Under the pieces are notes generated by a model. That model saw only the letters and a list, made by a program, of their open reading frames with translations. It ran no database searches and was not told the origin of the DNA. The translations under genes and the position numbers were made by a program. DNA of 64,000 nucleotides from Parasitella parasitica NRRL 2501 (lineage: Eukaryota > Fungi > Mucoromycota), in contig MU619288.1 in assembly GCA_025201805.1 (NCBI GenBank), positions 137,123 to 201,122 on the forward strand, given 5' to 3'. Positions 51,757-63,845 of this stretch are shown piece after piece. How positions within the stretch are numbered: the stretch's first letter is position 1; each line of letters starts with the position of its first letter.

Positions 51757-53664
51757 ATGGCAGAATTACAATACACGACGTTTGATAGTATACAAGATCA
51801 CGTCAGCCATGTTCATCAAATCTTCAACACTGGCAAGCCTCGTGATATCAAATGGCGCAAGTTTCAATTGCAGCGTTTATACGACATGATCGCTGAAAAC
51901 GAGGAGAGATTCTATGAAACCTTGGCAAAGGATATGAACAAACCTCGCAGTGAAGCGATGGGTGGCGACATAGCCCCTGTGCTCGACGAATGTGTCTACT
52001 TTCTGGATGTAAGTCAACCATACTATGTCGTATAAAACGCAGTTTGAATGATTCAACTCGGTTTTTTCTAGAACTTGGATGAATTAATCAAGGATCAAAA
52101 GGTCAAGCCTAGATCAGGCATTAATGCCATGGAGAAGGTCATAATTCGAAAGGATCCTTTGGGCGTAGTTCTCATCTTGGGCAGCTGGAACTATCCTGTT
52201 CAGGTGCGTATCCTTTTTTTTTTCTGATGTGAGCATGCGATAAACTGATAGTTTCTCTCTCTTTCTCTCCCTCGTTTTGTGTCAATAGCTTCTTTTAGTA
52301 CCTTTTGCTGGTGCCATTGCAGCTGGTAACTCTGTTATTCTCAAGGTAAATTGTAATAAGGCGCCAAATAGTCAATAACGTAACGTCCTCCATGCATAGC
52401 TTTCCGAAGTTGCGTCTCATACTGCTGCTCTCATCACCGAGATCTTCCCTAAATACATGGACACTAGCTGTTATCGCATTGTCAACGGTGGTGTCGAAGA
52501 AACCACATTCCTGCTCAAGGAAAAATTCAATCACATCTTTTATACGGGTAATGAGAATGTGGCCAAGATTGTCTTGACCGCTGCTGCCAAACATTTGACT
52601 CCAGTGACACTGGAGTTGGGTGGTAAATCGTAAGTGTGCTGACTACCGTTGCTTGTTGGAATTCTAATAAACTTTTTTTTTGTCAAGTCCGGCTGTCATT
52701 GCCCCTGATGCAGACATTCAATTGACCGCCAATCGCATTGCCTTTGGTAAATTTTTCAACGCTGGTCAGATCTGTATTGCTGTAGACTATGTTTTGTGTC
52801 CTAGAAGCAAAGTGAGCGAGTTTGTTAAGGCTCTCAAGCAAACATTGCAACAATTCTACGGTGATCGTCCACAAGAATCAAAGGATTACGCTCGCATCGT
52901 TAATGATCGCCACGTAGAGCGCATCTCGGCCTTGCTAAACAACCGTACTAGTGGGGAGGTTGCGATTGGCGGCGAGATTGTCAAGAAGGAACGCTACATT
53001 GCTCCTACAGTCGTTGTAAATGTGCAGCCTGACGACGCTACTTTGATGAACAGCGAAATTTTTGGCCCCGTTTTGCCTATCGTGGCCTACAACGACATTG
53101 AAGAAGCGATTGGCATCATTAATCGACACGAGCCACCTCTTGCTTTGTACCTATTTTCAAAGGATCAAAAACTTGTTGATAAAGGTAAAATAGTTTTTCC
53201 AAGCTCGCATTCAGTGACAACGAGCAGTGGCTAAATTAAGTTTGCAGTGTTGAGGAATACTCCATCAGGTGGTGTCTGTGTCAATGATTGTTTAATGCAC
53301 CAAGCTGGTAAATACCCATATTTGTTTGAACGAAGGCTTTGCTTTTTGACAGTAAAAAATTTCATTTCTATAAATAGAGTATGGTATTCCATTTGGTGGT
53401 GTAGGTGCCTCTGGCATGGGTAACTATCATGGGGCTAAATCAATCGCTACATTCACGCATGAAAGAAGTATGTTGGTCAAGAAGCAAAAGATGGAGGGCG
53501 CTATTGCTGTAAGATATCCACCTTACACTGATCGTAAGCACCATCTTTTGAGATTTATCATGGTGAAGCATCCTCTCATGCTGAAGCTTAAATCATACCG
53601 TCAGCCACTCAAGCTATTATTTGCTATTATTGCCTTGCTGGCCTTTTATTTAAAAAGGAAATAG
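51757..53664 (+). CDS. Class 3 / fatty aldehyde dehydrogenase (HFD1/ALDH3-like) with C-terminal membrane anchor, multi-exon
   Basis: [27 protein letters not shown]|[33 protein letters not shown]. Confidence 0.93.
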
Positions 53665-54183
53665 TCTATTTAATTACTATCATTGCACAGTTATAATATT
53701 CGGAATGATATTCTAAAAATTTGAACGAGATAATTCGATTGCTTTTGTTCCTAGTTATTAGGATATGTCACCATCATATAACATGAAGGCTTAATAAATT
53801 AATTTGGTTTGAATACGAGACATTCTGCATTTTGGCATTTTGCCTACTTCTTCGATTTCAAATATCTTTAAGCCGTCCGTACTTTTATCAAGGATGTGTA
53901 CATCTAAATTCTCGTGTTTAAAGAATTTTCAAATGTTCTACGATTTGCTCTGTATGTGCTTTACGAACATTTCATTTAGATGATCGACTCTTATATTTTT
54001 GATGTGCATTTAGAAATCGGGCGGGGGGGTGCATCGACGCATGTATTTCCTTTTTTTGATCAGCTTGTACGTTATCGCAATGACGTTTTTTCACACGAGT
54101 TTAAAGCCCAGTATCAGTTATAAAAAGGACCTGAAATCGAACTAATAAAAAAACAGCATTTCTTTCTGGTATCTCTTATTAAA

Positions 54184-55119
54184 ATGACCTCGCAACACAA
54201 ATTCTTGCAATCTAAATCTGTATCTGTTGTTGGTGTTCCATTTAATGGCGGCCAACCTCGCACTGGCGTCGAAGAAGGGCCTATTCGTCTTGTTGAATTT
54301 GGTTTGTTGGAGCAATTTAAAGAAATGGGCTATGAAATTGAATACGAACCAAATGAAAATATCACTGAACTGCGTCCCGCTGAAGATCCCGATACTCTTA
54401 ATTTGAAGCAACCTAAATACGTCTCTGCTGTTACTAAAACTGTATCAAAGCAAATCCTCAAAAGAGCTCAAGAGGGTAAGTTTGTATTGACGTTGGGTGG
54501 AGATCATTCTGTGGCGCTGGCCACGGTGTCTGGTGTTTTCGGCGCCTATCCTGATGCTTGTCTTATCTGGGTGGATGCACATGCCGATATCAATACGCCT
54601 GCTAGCACTGATTCTGGCAACATCCATGGCTGTCCATTGAGTTTCTTGACAGGCATTGCTGCCCGTCACCCTGATTTTGATTGGGTTCAACCTCTACTCA
54701 AGACTAACCGTCTTGTCTACATTGGTTTACGCGATGTTGACGAAGCCGAAAAGAAGATCGTTAAAGATTCGGGCATCAAAGCTTTTTCCATGCACCATGT
54801 AGATAAGTTTGGCATTGGACAAGTTGTTGAAATGGCTTTGAACCATGTTAACCCTAATCGTGATTTACCAATTCATTTGTCATTCGATGTCGATGCTTTG
54901 GATCCTTCAGTTGCACCTAGCACCGGTACTCCTGTACGTGGCGGCTTGACTTTCCGTGAGGGCCATTACATTTGCGAAGCTATTGCAGAGACTGGTTTAT
55001 TGGTGGCTGCAGACATCATGGAAGTAAATCCTGCCTTGGAAGATACAGACTCCGTATTTCAAACGGTACAAGTAGGTTGCTCTCTTGCTCGTTGTTGTTT
55101 AGGCGAAGCTTTACTGTAA
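54184..55119 (+). CDS. CAR1: Arginase
   Basis: LGGDHS, WVDAHADIN, SGNIHG, SFDVDALDP, TGTPVRGG. Confidence 0.97.
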   Translation: MTSQHKFLQSKSVSVVGVPFNGGQPRTGVEEGPIRLVEFGLLEQFKEMGYEIEYEPNENITELRPAEDPDTLNLKQPKYVSAVTKTVSKQILKRAQEGKFVLTLGGDHSVALATVSGVFGAYPDACLIWVDAHADINTPASTDSGNIHGCPLSFLTGIAARHPDFDWVQPLLKTNRLVYIGLRDVDEAEKKIVKDSGIKAFSMHHVDKFGIGQVVEMALNHVNPNRDLPIHLSFDVDALDPSVAPSTGTPVRGGLTFREGHYICEAIAETGLLVAADIMEVNPALEDTDSVFQTVQVGCSLARCCLGEALL

Positions 55120-55429
55120 ATAACATAGTTTATCTTGATATCCCCCCCCCCCTTTTTTTTTCCTATTTGGAAAGAGCCCTTCTCCTCTTTTTTTTTATGA
55201 TAAAATTGTGCTTCCGCCCCAGTTTTTTTTTGTATGATTATAGATCAGAAAAAGGAGACTGACTTGGTCACATGTTTGAAGCTAATTAGAGCATCTCCAA
55301 CGGAGATGCTAAACAAAAAGTAATTTGTGGGACTATGTTTAAGTCAAATATGTTTTAAGCTGTTGTAAAATAAAAACCAACTGTTTATTGAAATTAATAT
55401 AAGAATAGAAAAGTATGATTGTTTAAATA

Positions 55430-56640
55430 TTACCAAAGTCTATTCTGAGCAATGTTGGTTATAAGTAAAAGTGGTTAGAGATTGGAGGAAAAGGGAAGCC
55501 TCTACTCTCAATTTTTTTTATCATTGGATTCAGCTCATAGATATTGCTGTGATCCATTAAGAGATAAATACCAATAAAACTTTCGTCAATGTCTATGATA
55601 TCAAAAAGCTCATTCATGAATTTTACGAAATGGGCAGTAGTTGTAACCTCTGCTACTGGCTTGTTGTTCCTGATGGCAGTACTCTCCTCAATATCAACGT
55701 ACTCTATACTGAGCCCTTCAATAATAATGTCGCCTGCTCTTTGCTCTTTGCCTCCTGCGAGCTTTCTTTTTTTTTTAGGTTTTGGCTGTCTTCGATGTTT
55801 GAGTTTTTGGGCCCTTTTGCTTTTTAGGTGGTGGCTTCTTCATAACAACATGGATAACATTGGAACATTGTAAAGCGGCAATAATGGTGTGGGATGGAGA
55901 ACGAGTTTTTTCAGTTTCTACTGGGACAGGCGTTCTTACAACCAACCTAGCCTCATTAATAAAGATGCAGTTCTCAGTGTAATCTAGATCCGAGTCTTTC
56001 CACTCGTATCTCGTTTGTAAATTATCGTCAGAATTCCTTGCCTTAGGATCAAAGGTTGGTTCCTTGATAGAAATGAGCATGTTGTTTCGCAAGTGGTGAT
56101 TCATTTGAGACTTCGATATCTTAAAGTCCTCAAATTGCGATGTCAGGGAATCAAGAATGTCACCAGCACAAAAGTGGAGTCTTTTTTTACTATTAATTGA
56201 ATGTGCTGCTCATGCTCAGGAGTAAATGAATTAGGTCGGCCGGGATTTCTCTGAAACTTTTTGTAAGCTACCCCCTGGTTTCTTAGTAGTGTTTCCACCA
56301 ACGCATAGCAGTGCGAGGATTTATTCCAAGATCTTTTATATGCAAAATCACTTTTCCTCTTTCCATAGGGCCCTCGATCATTCGGTTGATAAATACCTCT
56401 CTGTTTTGGTCATTGTAGTCTTTGTAGATGCTGTTGTCTATTGGTTTGACCACTTCTACAACCCTTTTCATAGTATCTTTTGCTGCAGTTTCTTCCTAGT
56501 TTGAAACTCAAGTAGGACTTTTGGCTCGTAATGGTTTCGAGTACTACGTTTGGATCACTGATTTCAGTCAACACGCCTTTAATCGGATCGAAAACTCTCT
56601 CTCTCTCCTCATTGTAGACATTATCGTGTTCATTTTCATA
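55430..56640 (-). mobile_element. Degenerate Tc1/mariner-type transposase relic
   Basis: HTH segment LGINPRTAMRWWKHY; RNS..NLQTRYEW; YTENCIFINEA (first catalytic D changed to N); HFVKFMNELFDII...YLLMDHS. Multiple stops and deletions. Confidence 0.75.
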
Positions 56641-57746
56641 AAAAATGTGTTTTTTATCATTTTATTCACACAAGTATTTAATAAGAAACACATTACACTT
56701 TTGATCGAATCAAGCCACAAACTAACATCTGATTAACCAGTATCCAGAGTCTTCTTTCCTACTGCTTGAGAAGCTTGAAGTGTGGCTGATAGGACTTTCT
56801 TCGTCATTTCATCACCAGTAATGCAGTTGATAATTCCAGTTAAGTGACAACTTTAGTTTTTGCGTTTTAGTTTTAATATTATCAAGCAAATCATCTTCTA
56901 CTTTGTCTTCGCAGAGTTTGAGACAGTTACTCACAAAACAAGGTTGCTATATGGTATTTGATTCATGGGAGATTAGTTTCTTATTACAAGCCCCCCGAAG
57001 AATTATTCTTGTGTACTGTATATACAATCATTAAAGTGTTCTGGCTTTATTTTAGGCTTTGCAGTTCAAGAGAGAAAGGTCATATTGACGCTGATATCAT
57101 GATTTAGAAATAATTTAGTTCTATATTCAAATTCGATTGAGTGTTGATCAGATGTGCATGAGCACAGATGCTTTGTCAGAAAATGCGCTTTTGAAGAGAA
57201 ATACATAATCATAGAAAATCCAAGGTTACTGTTGCTGATATCCCAAGGCTCTTATATTGAAGGATCAATGCTAATGAATTGGGTGACACCATTGTCTGAG
57301 GTTACCACGATCAAGCCCTTTATATAACAGTCAAAGTTCTCCTTGCAGGAACTATTAATGAGGGTGTTATGAACAAAGATGATGCTCGCAAGCACATTAA
57401 AAAACAATCGTTAGTCCAACCTTATTTGCGTTCTAATCTTAAATAAGATACACATTACCTGTATGCATTTATCTGAAAGTAAGAGAGAAGCAGAAATCAG
57501 TGACAAGAGCAATATTAGTACCCAGAACGGTAGGACCTATAGGCAGCAAGACTTGTTGGAATTAGTGCGCTCTATAGGCTGTACTGGCTGTCATAGCTCA
57601 AGGGATAAGCTATCGAGTCTGGCTTTGCTGTGCTAAGCAGGCGTTGGCTTTCCAGCCACGCTTTATTTTCAGTATATAACTAAGAATCTTGTCTCATAAT
57701 CCCCTCTTTCTCCAGATCTTTTCAAGCCACGCATTCGTAGCTAACT

Positions 57747-58587
57747 ATGAGTAGTACTGAACAACAAGATGCCCCAGTATTTACTCAAAACCAAATTAAC
57801 CAACTCTTCGAACTCGTCACCCAACAGGTCAGACAGGAAACAGAGGAACGTTACCAAGGTCGTCCATTACCTTCCTCCATCGTCGAAGAACTGGATCATT
57901 GCGCCCAAATAGACAACTTACATAAGACAGTACAAAAGTTCAGAAAGAACATTCCCAAGTATGTCAGTGAAGACTGGGTCACAGCAGAAGCCATCAGTCC
58001 CTACTTCACAAACGATCTCCGACAGCACAAAGTGGATTCTTCACAGTTCACGCAAACCATTTACAGGTATGCCGAAATTACTCGAACTCAAGCCAGAGCA
58101 GCAACAGCTCTCTGTGAAAGACTACAGTTCCTTACCACAAAATAATTCCAACCAGACGATGTCGCAAGCGTCGCAGAAGCAGCCAACGACTTACGACAAC
58201 TTGCCGTTTACGGTTTCGGATCAGCCAAGTTACAAGAAGCAGATGCCCGAGAACTCACACTCAAGGCCATCAACCTTCCACCGTCGCTTTAACACTTGGA
58301 ACAACAACACCAAAGCGCTAGTGAGAAAAAAATTGCCTTCAGTGAAGAATTCTTGGAACAGTATTATGACGAAACCTTTAAACAAAAAGCTCACCTGTCA
58401 AGCAACCAATAAAGGCAAGTTCACAAACAAATCATTACCTTATAACTACGGAAATGGAAGTCGAGGCAGAGGATTCCAGACCCACCCTTTTCGCGGCAGA
58501 GGTCGGGGAACAGGACCTCCACCACACTACAATCGTTCCTTCCTACACAACAACAACAATCAATTAAGCGACACCAACAATCAGTAA
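57747..58587 (+). pseudogene. DIRS ORF1 (gag-like), disrupted
   Basis: ORF 57747..58145 ends at an internal TAA. A frameshift leads to an RGRG-rich tail ending at 58587. Confidence 0.7.
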
Positions 58588-60440
58588 CGCTGGCGTCAAT
58601 AACGACCACCACCACCAAGCCTCCACCAACACAACAGAATTATGCAATACCGGAGGATGGGATTCTTCCAGGCGGGCGCCTGTCTCACTTTGTAGACAGC
58701 TGGAAGAAGATTACCACCCATTCTTGGCCACTGTCTGTAATTCGGGATGGCTATCAACTCCAATTCATCAGCAAACCATCCCCTTGGAAGATCAGGAAGA
58801 TGCATCACTCATTGTCAGAGCAACTAGCGGTAGATGCAGCGATAGCCAAGTTTGTAAAAGCGGGCATCATTTACCGTTCTCCAACCCAAGACCGGAGCTG
58901 TCTCTCCAATTTCTTCACAATCCGAGAACCCACAAAACGTCGACTGATCCTCGACTGTACGAAATTGAACCAACACTTACAAGTGCAGCATTTCAATATG
59001 GAGGGGATTCCGGCGTTACGGGATTTGGTGGAAGCAGACGATTATATGGTCAAGGTGGACCTCAGTGATGCTTACGTAGTAGCACCGATTCACCCAAATT
59101 CACAAAAATATTTATCGCTGGAAAACATAGTAGAACCTTTGCGTGCTCAGGGCATCCGCTTAATTTATTACCTCGACGATATTTGCATCCTCGAGAAATC
59201 CAAGAGCAAACTGAAGGAGGTCGTTCAACTAGTAATAAAACATCTACAAGACTTAGGCTTCTTGATCAACCATGGGAAAAGTATTCTGACTCCCAGCAAG
59301 GTCCAAGAAGTTTTGAGATTCAAGATCGACACTCGCCAGATGCAGATTTCCTTGCCTCAACACAAAGTGACCAAATTGATGCAACGCTTGAATCAACTCA
59401 ACCACGATCCAGAGAGATTATGCAGGTGGATAGCGGGCCTCCTCGGGAAGATCACGGCAGTGATTCCGGCGGTGGCAGAAGCGTTGTTACACATCCGTCA
59501 CATACAAAGGGACTTGGCTCGAGCGTTACAGATCAACCATCACCAGTGGGACAAGTTGTGCATTCTATCCCCGGAATCAAGATCGGAGATCTCGTGGTGG
59601 AAGAGTCATCTGAAGACCAGGAATGGCCTCCCACTTCACATACAGCCCTTGTCACCAGCAGCTCTGACAGTACATGTGGACGCATCGGATTCGGGGTGGG
59701 GAGTTCACTCCGAGAAGATCAGCAAAGCCGAGGTTTGGACCCCAGCCGAAAAAGAAACTTCAACCAATGTACGGGAATTGACAGCGATATACTATGCTCT
59801 ACTTCTCCATTCAAAAGAAGCCGCCGACATCAAGGAGATAAACATCCACACAGACAACATCACCGCTCTCAAATACGTCACAAAGGCCGGAGGCACCGCG
59901 TCCTCAATACTGCAAGATCTCGCCGTAAAAATCCAAGATCTCTGCAACCTCCACACACTCCAAGTACGTTTCCATCATGTCGCTGGAATCAAGAACATAC
60001 AAGCAGACCAACTAAGTCGACGTCGCCAACCCCTATACGAAGCACCAATCCCATTGAAATTCTTCAAGCTTCTGAAATCCCTATGGGGTCACAAGTGGAA
60101 GGTATATGCATTTGCAGCAGCACACAACCACAAACTACAACAGTACTGGAGCCTCGCCAACGATCCTCTCTCTCACCAGACGGATGCCTTTATCCAGTCG
60201 TGGACCAGAAAGGACTTGTTCATGTACCCTCCGTGGCGCCTGATTCCCCGGGTCCTCAGGAAGCTGACTGCAGACCGCTGTCCAGAGACGACCCTTATCA
60301 CACCCCTCTGGCCAAGCCAGTTCTGGTTTCCGATGCTCCTAAAAATGAAACAACTGTCGACGCCAATCATTTGGGAGACGGGAAAGTGGAACCTCGTCGC
60401 TTGGCGGTTATCAACAACAAGAGGAGGAGCTTGGGTATGA
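58588..60440 (+). CDS. DIRS ORF2: reverse transcriptase - RNase H - adenine methyltransferase-like; RT internally deleted
   Basis: GGRLSHF..SW..IT, KRRLILD, KVDLSDAY, YYLDD, HVDASDSGWG, NVREL, TDN, QADQLSR, DAF..SW...MYPPW, PLWPSQFWF. The LPFG segment between YLS and the YxDD region is missing. Confidence 0.85.
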
Positions 60441-61561
60441 CAGAGACAGTGATCGCCCACCTGAATAATGCCAATCGCGACTCCACCAACAAGATGTATG
60501 ACCTTGGGTGGGACAAATATGAAGAATGGTGCAAGGAACGCAAGCTTGATCCTATTCTATATGGTACGAAGCAAGTTCTCGAATTTATAACATATTACTC
60601 TCACTTGGCACCGTCGACGCTTAACGGGTATAGGTCCGCAATTGCTTCAGTACTCTCCGTCCTGTATCCCCTTCACCCTTCTTTGGCTGAAGACCCGGAC
60701 ATAATGGCATTCTTCAGGGCGAAGAGACAAAAGACCACCAAAGTATCCAGTTTAGCAACTCTCGAAGCATGGGATACGGACATTCTGACGAACTATATTG
60801 TTACCGCCTTGTCCCCTTCCTCCCGTCTCTCCCTATACGACCTTCAACAGAAACTTGTATTGCTTCTCTGCCTCCACACGATGTGGCGTCCTCAAAGTGA
60901 CATTGGTACTCTCCAGTTCCGGGACACCGTCTGGCGCCGCTCGGAGGATGGCTCTTTGCTTGGCCTCATACTTCAAATCAGGCAGCCAAAAGAAGCACAT
61001 CACAGGAGTATAAGGTTGGGTCTACTTAGTACGCCGGGGGAGGAGTTGTGTCTGGTCCGTTGCATGTCTCTATTTCTACAAATATCTCTGCCTTTCCGTA
61101 CTACCTTACCAGAAGACCATACTCTATTGTTGACGTACCTCAACGACCCTCAGCAAGGTCCACCATCCAGCATAAAACAAGCAACAGTGGCCGCCTGGGT
61201 CAGCTACCATATGGCCGAGGCAGGCATCAGCAACGAATACAAACCGCACTCCATCAGGGCTGCAGCTAGCACAAAAGCAGTTCAAAAGGGTATTTCTATT
61301 GCCCAAGTCAAGGATCATGCTAACTGGGCCGCTCATTCGAATACATTTGAGAAGTACTACTACAAACCTGCGTATCAACAATCCTCTAGTACCATCATTC
61401 AGAATTCAATTTTTTCGCAAGCTGACAACCGTACCACTTCAGAGACCGAAGCGAAGGCAACAAGGATTGTCTTAGGCACAACAGACAATACAACAGTTGC
61501 CGAAGCGAAGGTAGAAGAAGTGGTACAATCCCAACCCTGGTATAAGAGATGGCTCTCTTAA
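59183..61561 (+). CDS. DIRS tyrosine recombinase (likely start Met 60437; frame open upstream over ORF2)
   Basis: STLNGYRSAI core-binding region; catalytic R (MWRPQSD), HSIR, ANW and Y (FEKYY). Confidence 0.88.
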   Translation: MHPREIQEQTEGGRSTSNKTSTRLRLLDQPWEKYSDSQQGPRSFEIQDRHSPDADFLASTQSDQIDATLESTQPRSREIMQVDSGPPREDHGSDSGGGRSVVTHPSHTKGLGSSVTDQPSPVGQVVHSIPGIKIGDLVVEESSEDQEWPPTSHTALVTSSSDSTCGRIGFGVGSSLREDQQSRGLDPSRKRNFNQCTGIDSDILCSTSPFKRSRRHQGDKHPHRQHHRSQIRHKGRRHRVLNTARSRRKNPRSLQPPHTPSTFPSCRWNQEHTSRPTKSTSPTPIRSTNPIEILQASEIPMGSQVEGICICSSTQPQTTTVLEPRQRSSLSPDGCLYPVVDQKGLVHVPSVAPDSPGPQEADCRPLSRDDPYHTPLAKPVLVSDAPKNETTVDANHLGDGKVEPRRLAVINNKRRSLGMTETVIAHLNNANRDSTNKMYDLGWDKYEEWCKERKLDPILYGTKQVLEFITYYSHLAPSTLNGYRSAIASVLSVLYPLHPSLAEDPDIMAFFRAKRQKTTKVSSLATLEAWDTDILTNYIVTALSPSSRLSLYDLQQKLVLLLCLHTMWRPQSDIGTLQFRDTVWRRSEDGSLLGLILQIRQPKEAHHRSIRLGLLSTPGEELCLVRCMSLFLQISLPFRTTLPEDHTLLLTYLNDPQQGPPSSIKQATVAAWVSYHMAEAGISNEYKPHSIRAAASTKAVQKGISIAQVKDHANWAAHSNTFEKYYYKPAYQQSSSTIIQNSIFSQADNRTTSETEAKATRIVLGTTDNTTVAEAKVEEVVQSQPWYKRWLS

Positions 61562-61857
61562 TTTCTCTCTCTTTTCTATCTTTATATCTTATTTCACTTT
61601 ATCGTCTCGATTCCCTCCCAGAAAAAAAAAATTGAATTATTAGCATAGCTTGAAAGATCTGGAGAAAGAGGGGATTATGAGACAAGATTCTTAGTTATAT
61701 ACTGAAAATAAAGCGTGGCTGGAAAGCCTGTACCACTTCTTCTACTTTCGCTTCGGCAACTGTTGTATTTATTCCTCTTATTGTTTTTACTTTTATTCTT
61801 TTTATATTTTCTGCGAGATAACATAAGTTTTCTCCACAAACTTTAATAACTGCAGCC

Positions 61858-63330
61858 ATGTCGAAGGCACCAAAATCGAAATGCAAGCAATGTCTTAAGC
61901 CTATTCATTCCACAAGAAATAAAATAGGGCTCTGTCAAGGCTGTAGGAAAATACCAGCGGAGAAACAGCAAGCCTTCAGTTTTGAAGAAGGCTCTGAGCA
62001 AGCTTTAGGTACGCATGGTCAAACTGCTAGTCAAAGAAAAAGATCGCATCATTTTGTACATTCTGTGGACTGTCAACCATTCAGCTTGGAGTTATTTGAT
62101 GGTGATAAACGTACAAAGCTTTCAACAACATTTGCCTTGATGGCAAACGATTCTGCCCTTAGTCTTACTTCTTTGATTGATTTCCAAAATAATATCACGT
62201 CTGGTATTTTTAACGGAAGGATTTCTTTCTCATCAAATGTTACGATCGAACCAGTATTAAAAGACAGTGCTTGTATCACTGCCAAGCTCGAAATGACTGT
62301 ACGCGCCTCTACTGTTCCAAAACTCTTGCAGGAGCTAGGGCCACATCAAGAAATTGATGCGACGGTACTAGAATTCCTAAACTACGATTTCCGGCTCAGA
62401 TCTGAATTGATTGGATTAGTACCACCATTATTCTGCGGTGCATTGCTTCACGATAGCATCACTTTACTTATTATCACGTGTGAAGTGTACAGCCGTCACT
62501 CTTCGGTTGATATGCACTCCGAGTCAACTGAATTCTCTGTTCCCGGCGAATCCTCCAGATACAAGAATTGCATGTCATGTACTACATATGAAAAATCGGA
62601 CGGTGGTGCTACGAAACTGAAGCTTATTATTGGAACGAAGACCATCAACCTTTTAATTACTTGTTCTGCTGAAATATCAACTGAACCAAAAATCAACATT
62701 GGACCAGGTGTAGAGTTTGGTCATGGTTCAATCACGGACTCAAACTGCAAAATCTACTTGATGAAATCAAAAGTTGAAGAATTTTTGAAAATGTTTGAGA
62801 CCTTCAAATTAAATCCTTTACACATCAATATATCAAGTTTGAGACAAGTGACATCGAGTTTCAGCAAATGCTCCTCATATTTACTATGGAGATCTACGTT
62901 GCAAGCATTTGACAGTAGTATTTACTCGCCAGCAACAGTATTCACTCTTTGTGATTTACCGAATAAAGATGGATATGGTGTTGGATCAACATCTGGTGCT
63001 AAACTAGGTTCTCATATATTACAAATATTTGCCAAAGCAATATTAGTCAACAAAGGTATCATTCAACTCAGTGATTTTCATAATGTTTTATTAGAGTATG
63101 AGAATATAATGAAACAAAAATGCGATGTTAAAGAGTGGTCCTCAATCATTAAAGTAATGGATGAAATAAATGCAAGTCTAAATTCTGGTGAATTGAGCGT
63201 AACTTCCTTCTGCAATAATAATAGTGGATCAGTCAGTGAAATCGCCAATAAATTAAGCAGTTCAATTTCCACAGCGAATAATATGATTGCAAAAAATGTC
63301 AAGAAGAAGTTATTACAATTATACCAGTAG
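61858..63330 (+). CDS. Intronless 490-aa protein of unknown function with N-terminal CxxC-x13-CxxC
   Basis: Long uninterrupted ORF in AT-rich DNA starting MSKAPKSKCKQC...GLCQGC. No family was recognised. Confidence 0.7.
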   Translation: MSKAPKSKCKQCLKPIHSTRNKIGLCQGCRKIPAEKQQAFSFEEGSEQALGTHGQTASQRKRSHHFVHSVDCQPFSLELFDGDKRTKLSTTFALMANDSALSLTSLIDFQNNITSGIFNGRISFSSNVTIEPVLKDSACITAKLEMTVRASTVPKLLQELGPHQEIDATVLEFLNYDFRLRSELIGLVPPLFCGALLHDSITLLIITCEVYSRHSSVDMHSESTEFSVPGESSRYKNCMSCTTYEKSDGGATKLKLIIGTKTINLLITCSAEISTEPKINIGPGVEFGHGSITDSNCKIYLMKSKVEEFLKMFETFKLNPLHINISSLRQVTSSFSKCSSYLLWRSTLQAFDSSIYSPATVFTLCDLPNKDGYGVGSTSGAKLGSHILQIFAKAILVNKGIIQLSDFHNVLLEYENIMKQKCDVKEWSSIIKVMDEINASLNSGELSVTSFCNNNSGSVSEIANKLSSSISTANNMIAKNVKKKLLQLYQ

Positions 63331-63845
63331 TTTGGTATATTTCAAGGAAATTATATAATACCCCCATTCTATCATCATACTCACATCATCGAATATATAT
63401 TATATTAGTTAATAAAAAAAATAACAAGATTACTATTTTCCAGCCGTTATAAATTCCATTGAGCCTTTGACTGAAGGACAAACCACAATGCCTCATTTAC
63501 CCCCATTAGTAAAATACCATCAATTTATCCATTTTCATTTCTACACCTCCATACAACCCAATCATTCAGATAATCGTTCACGTCATATGTTGATGCTTCT
63601 TGTCTCCACTGCACATTAGAATAAAACAAAGAGTTCACTTACCCCAACGCTAAAATATTATTTCCTTTGTCAACAACCAAACAAATGTTTTCTTTTTACC
63701 ATCATATCTCAGGGTCAACCTTTAATTGCGATCGTTTATTAACTCGCAAGCTCCAAATATTTGTAGTGTAAGACATTTATTTTTTTACAATCGCAGCAAA
63801 AGAAATAAGAATATCACGTCGAAGAAAAAAGCACTGTTTCAAAAA

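Larger units (their letters stand above)
57646..61769 (+). mobile_element. DIRS-type tyrosine-recombinase retrotransposon (defective)
   Basis: ~82-bp inverted repeats at 57646-57727 and 61648-61728. The right extension 61729-61769 is complementary to internal region 61487-61527. gag, RT-RNaseH-MTase and YR ORFs lie inside. Confidence 0.93.
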
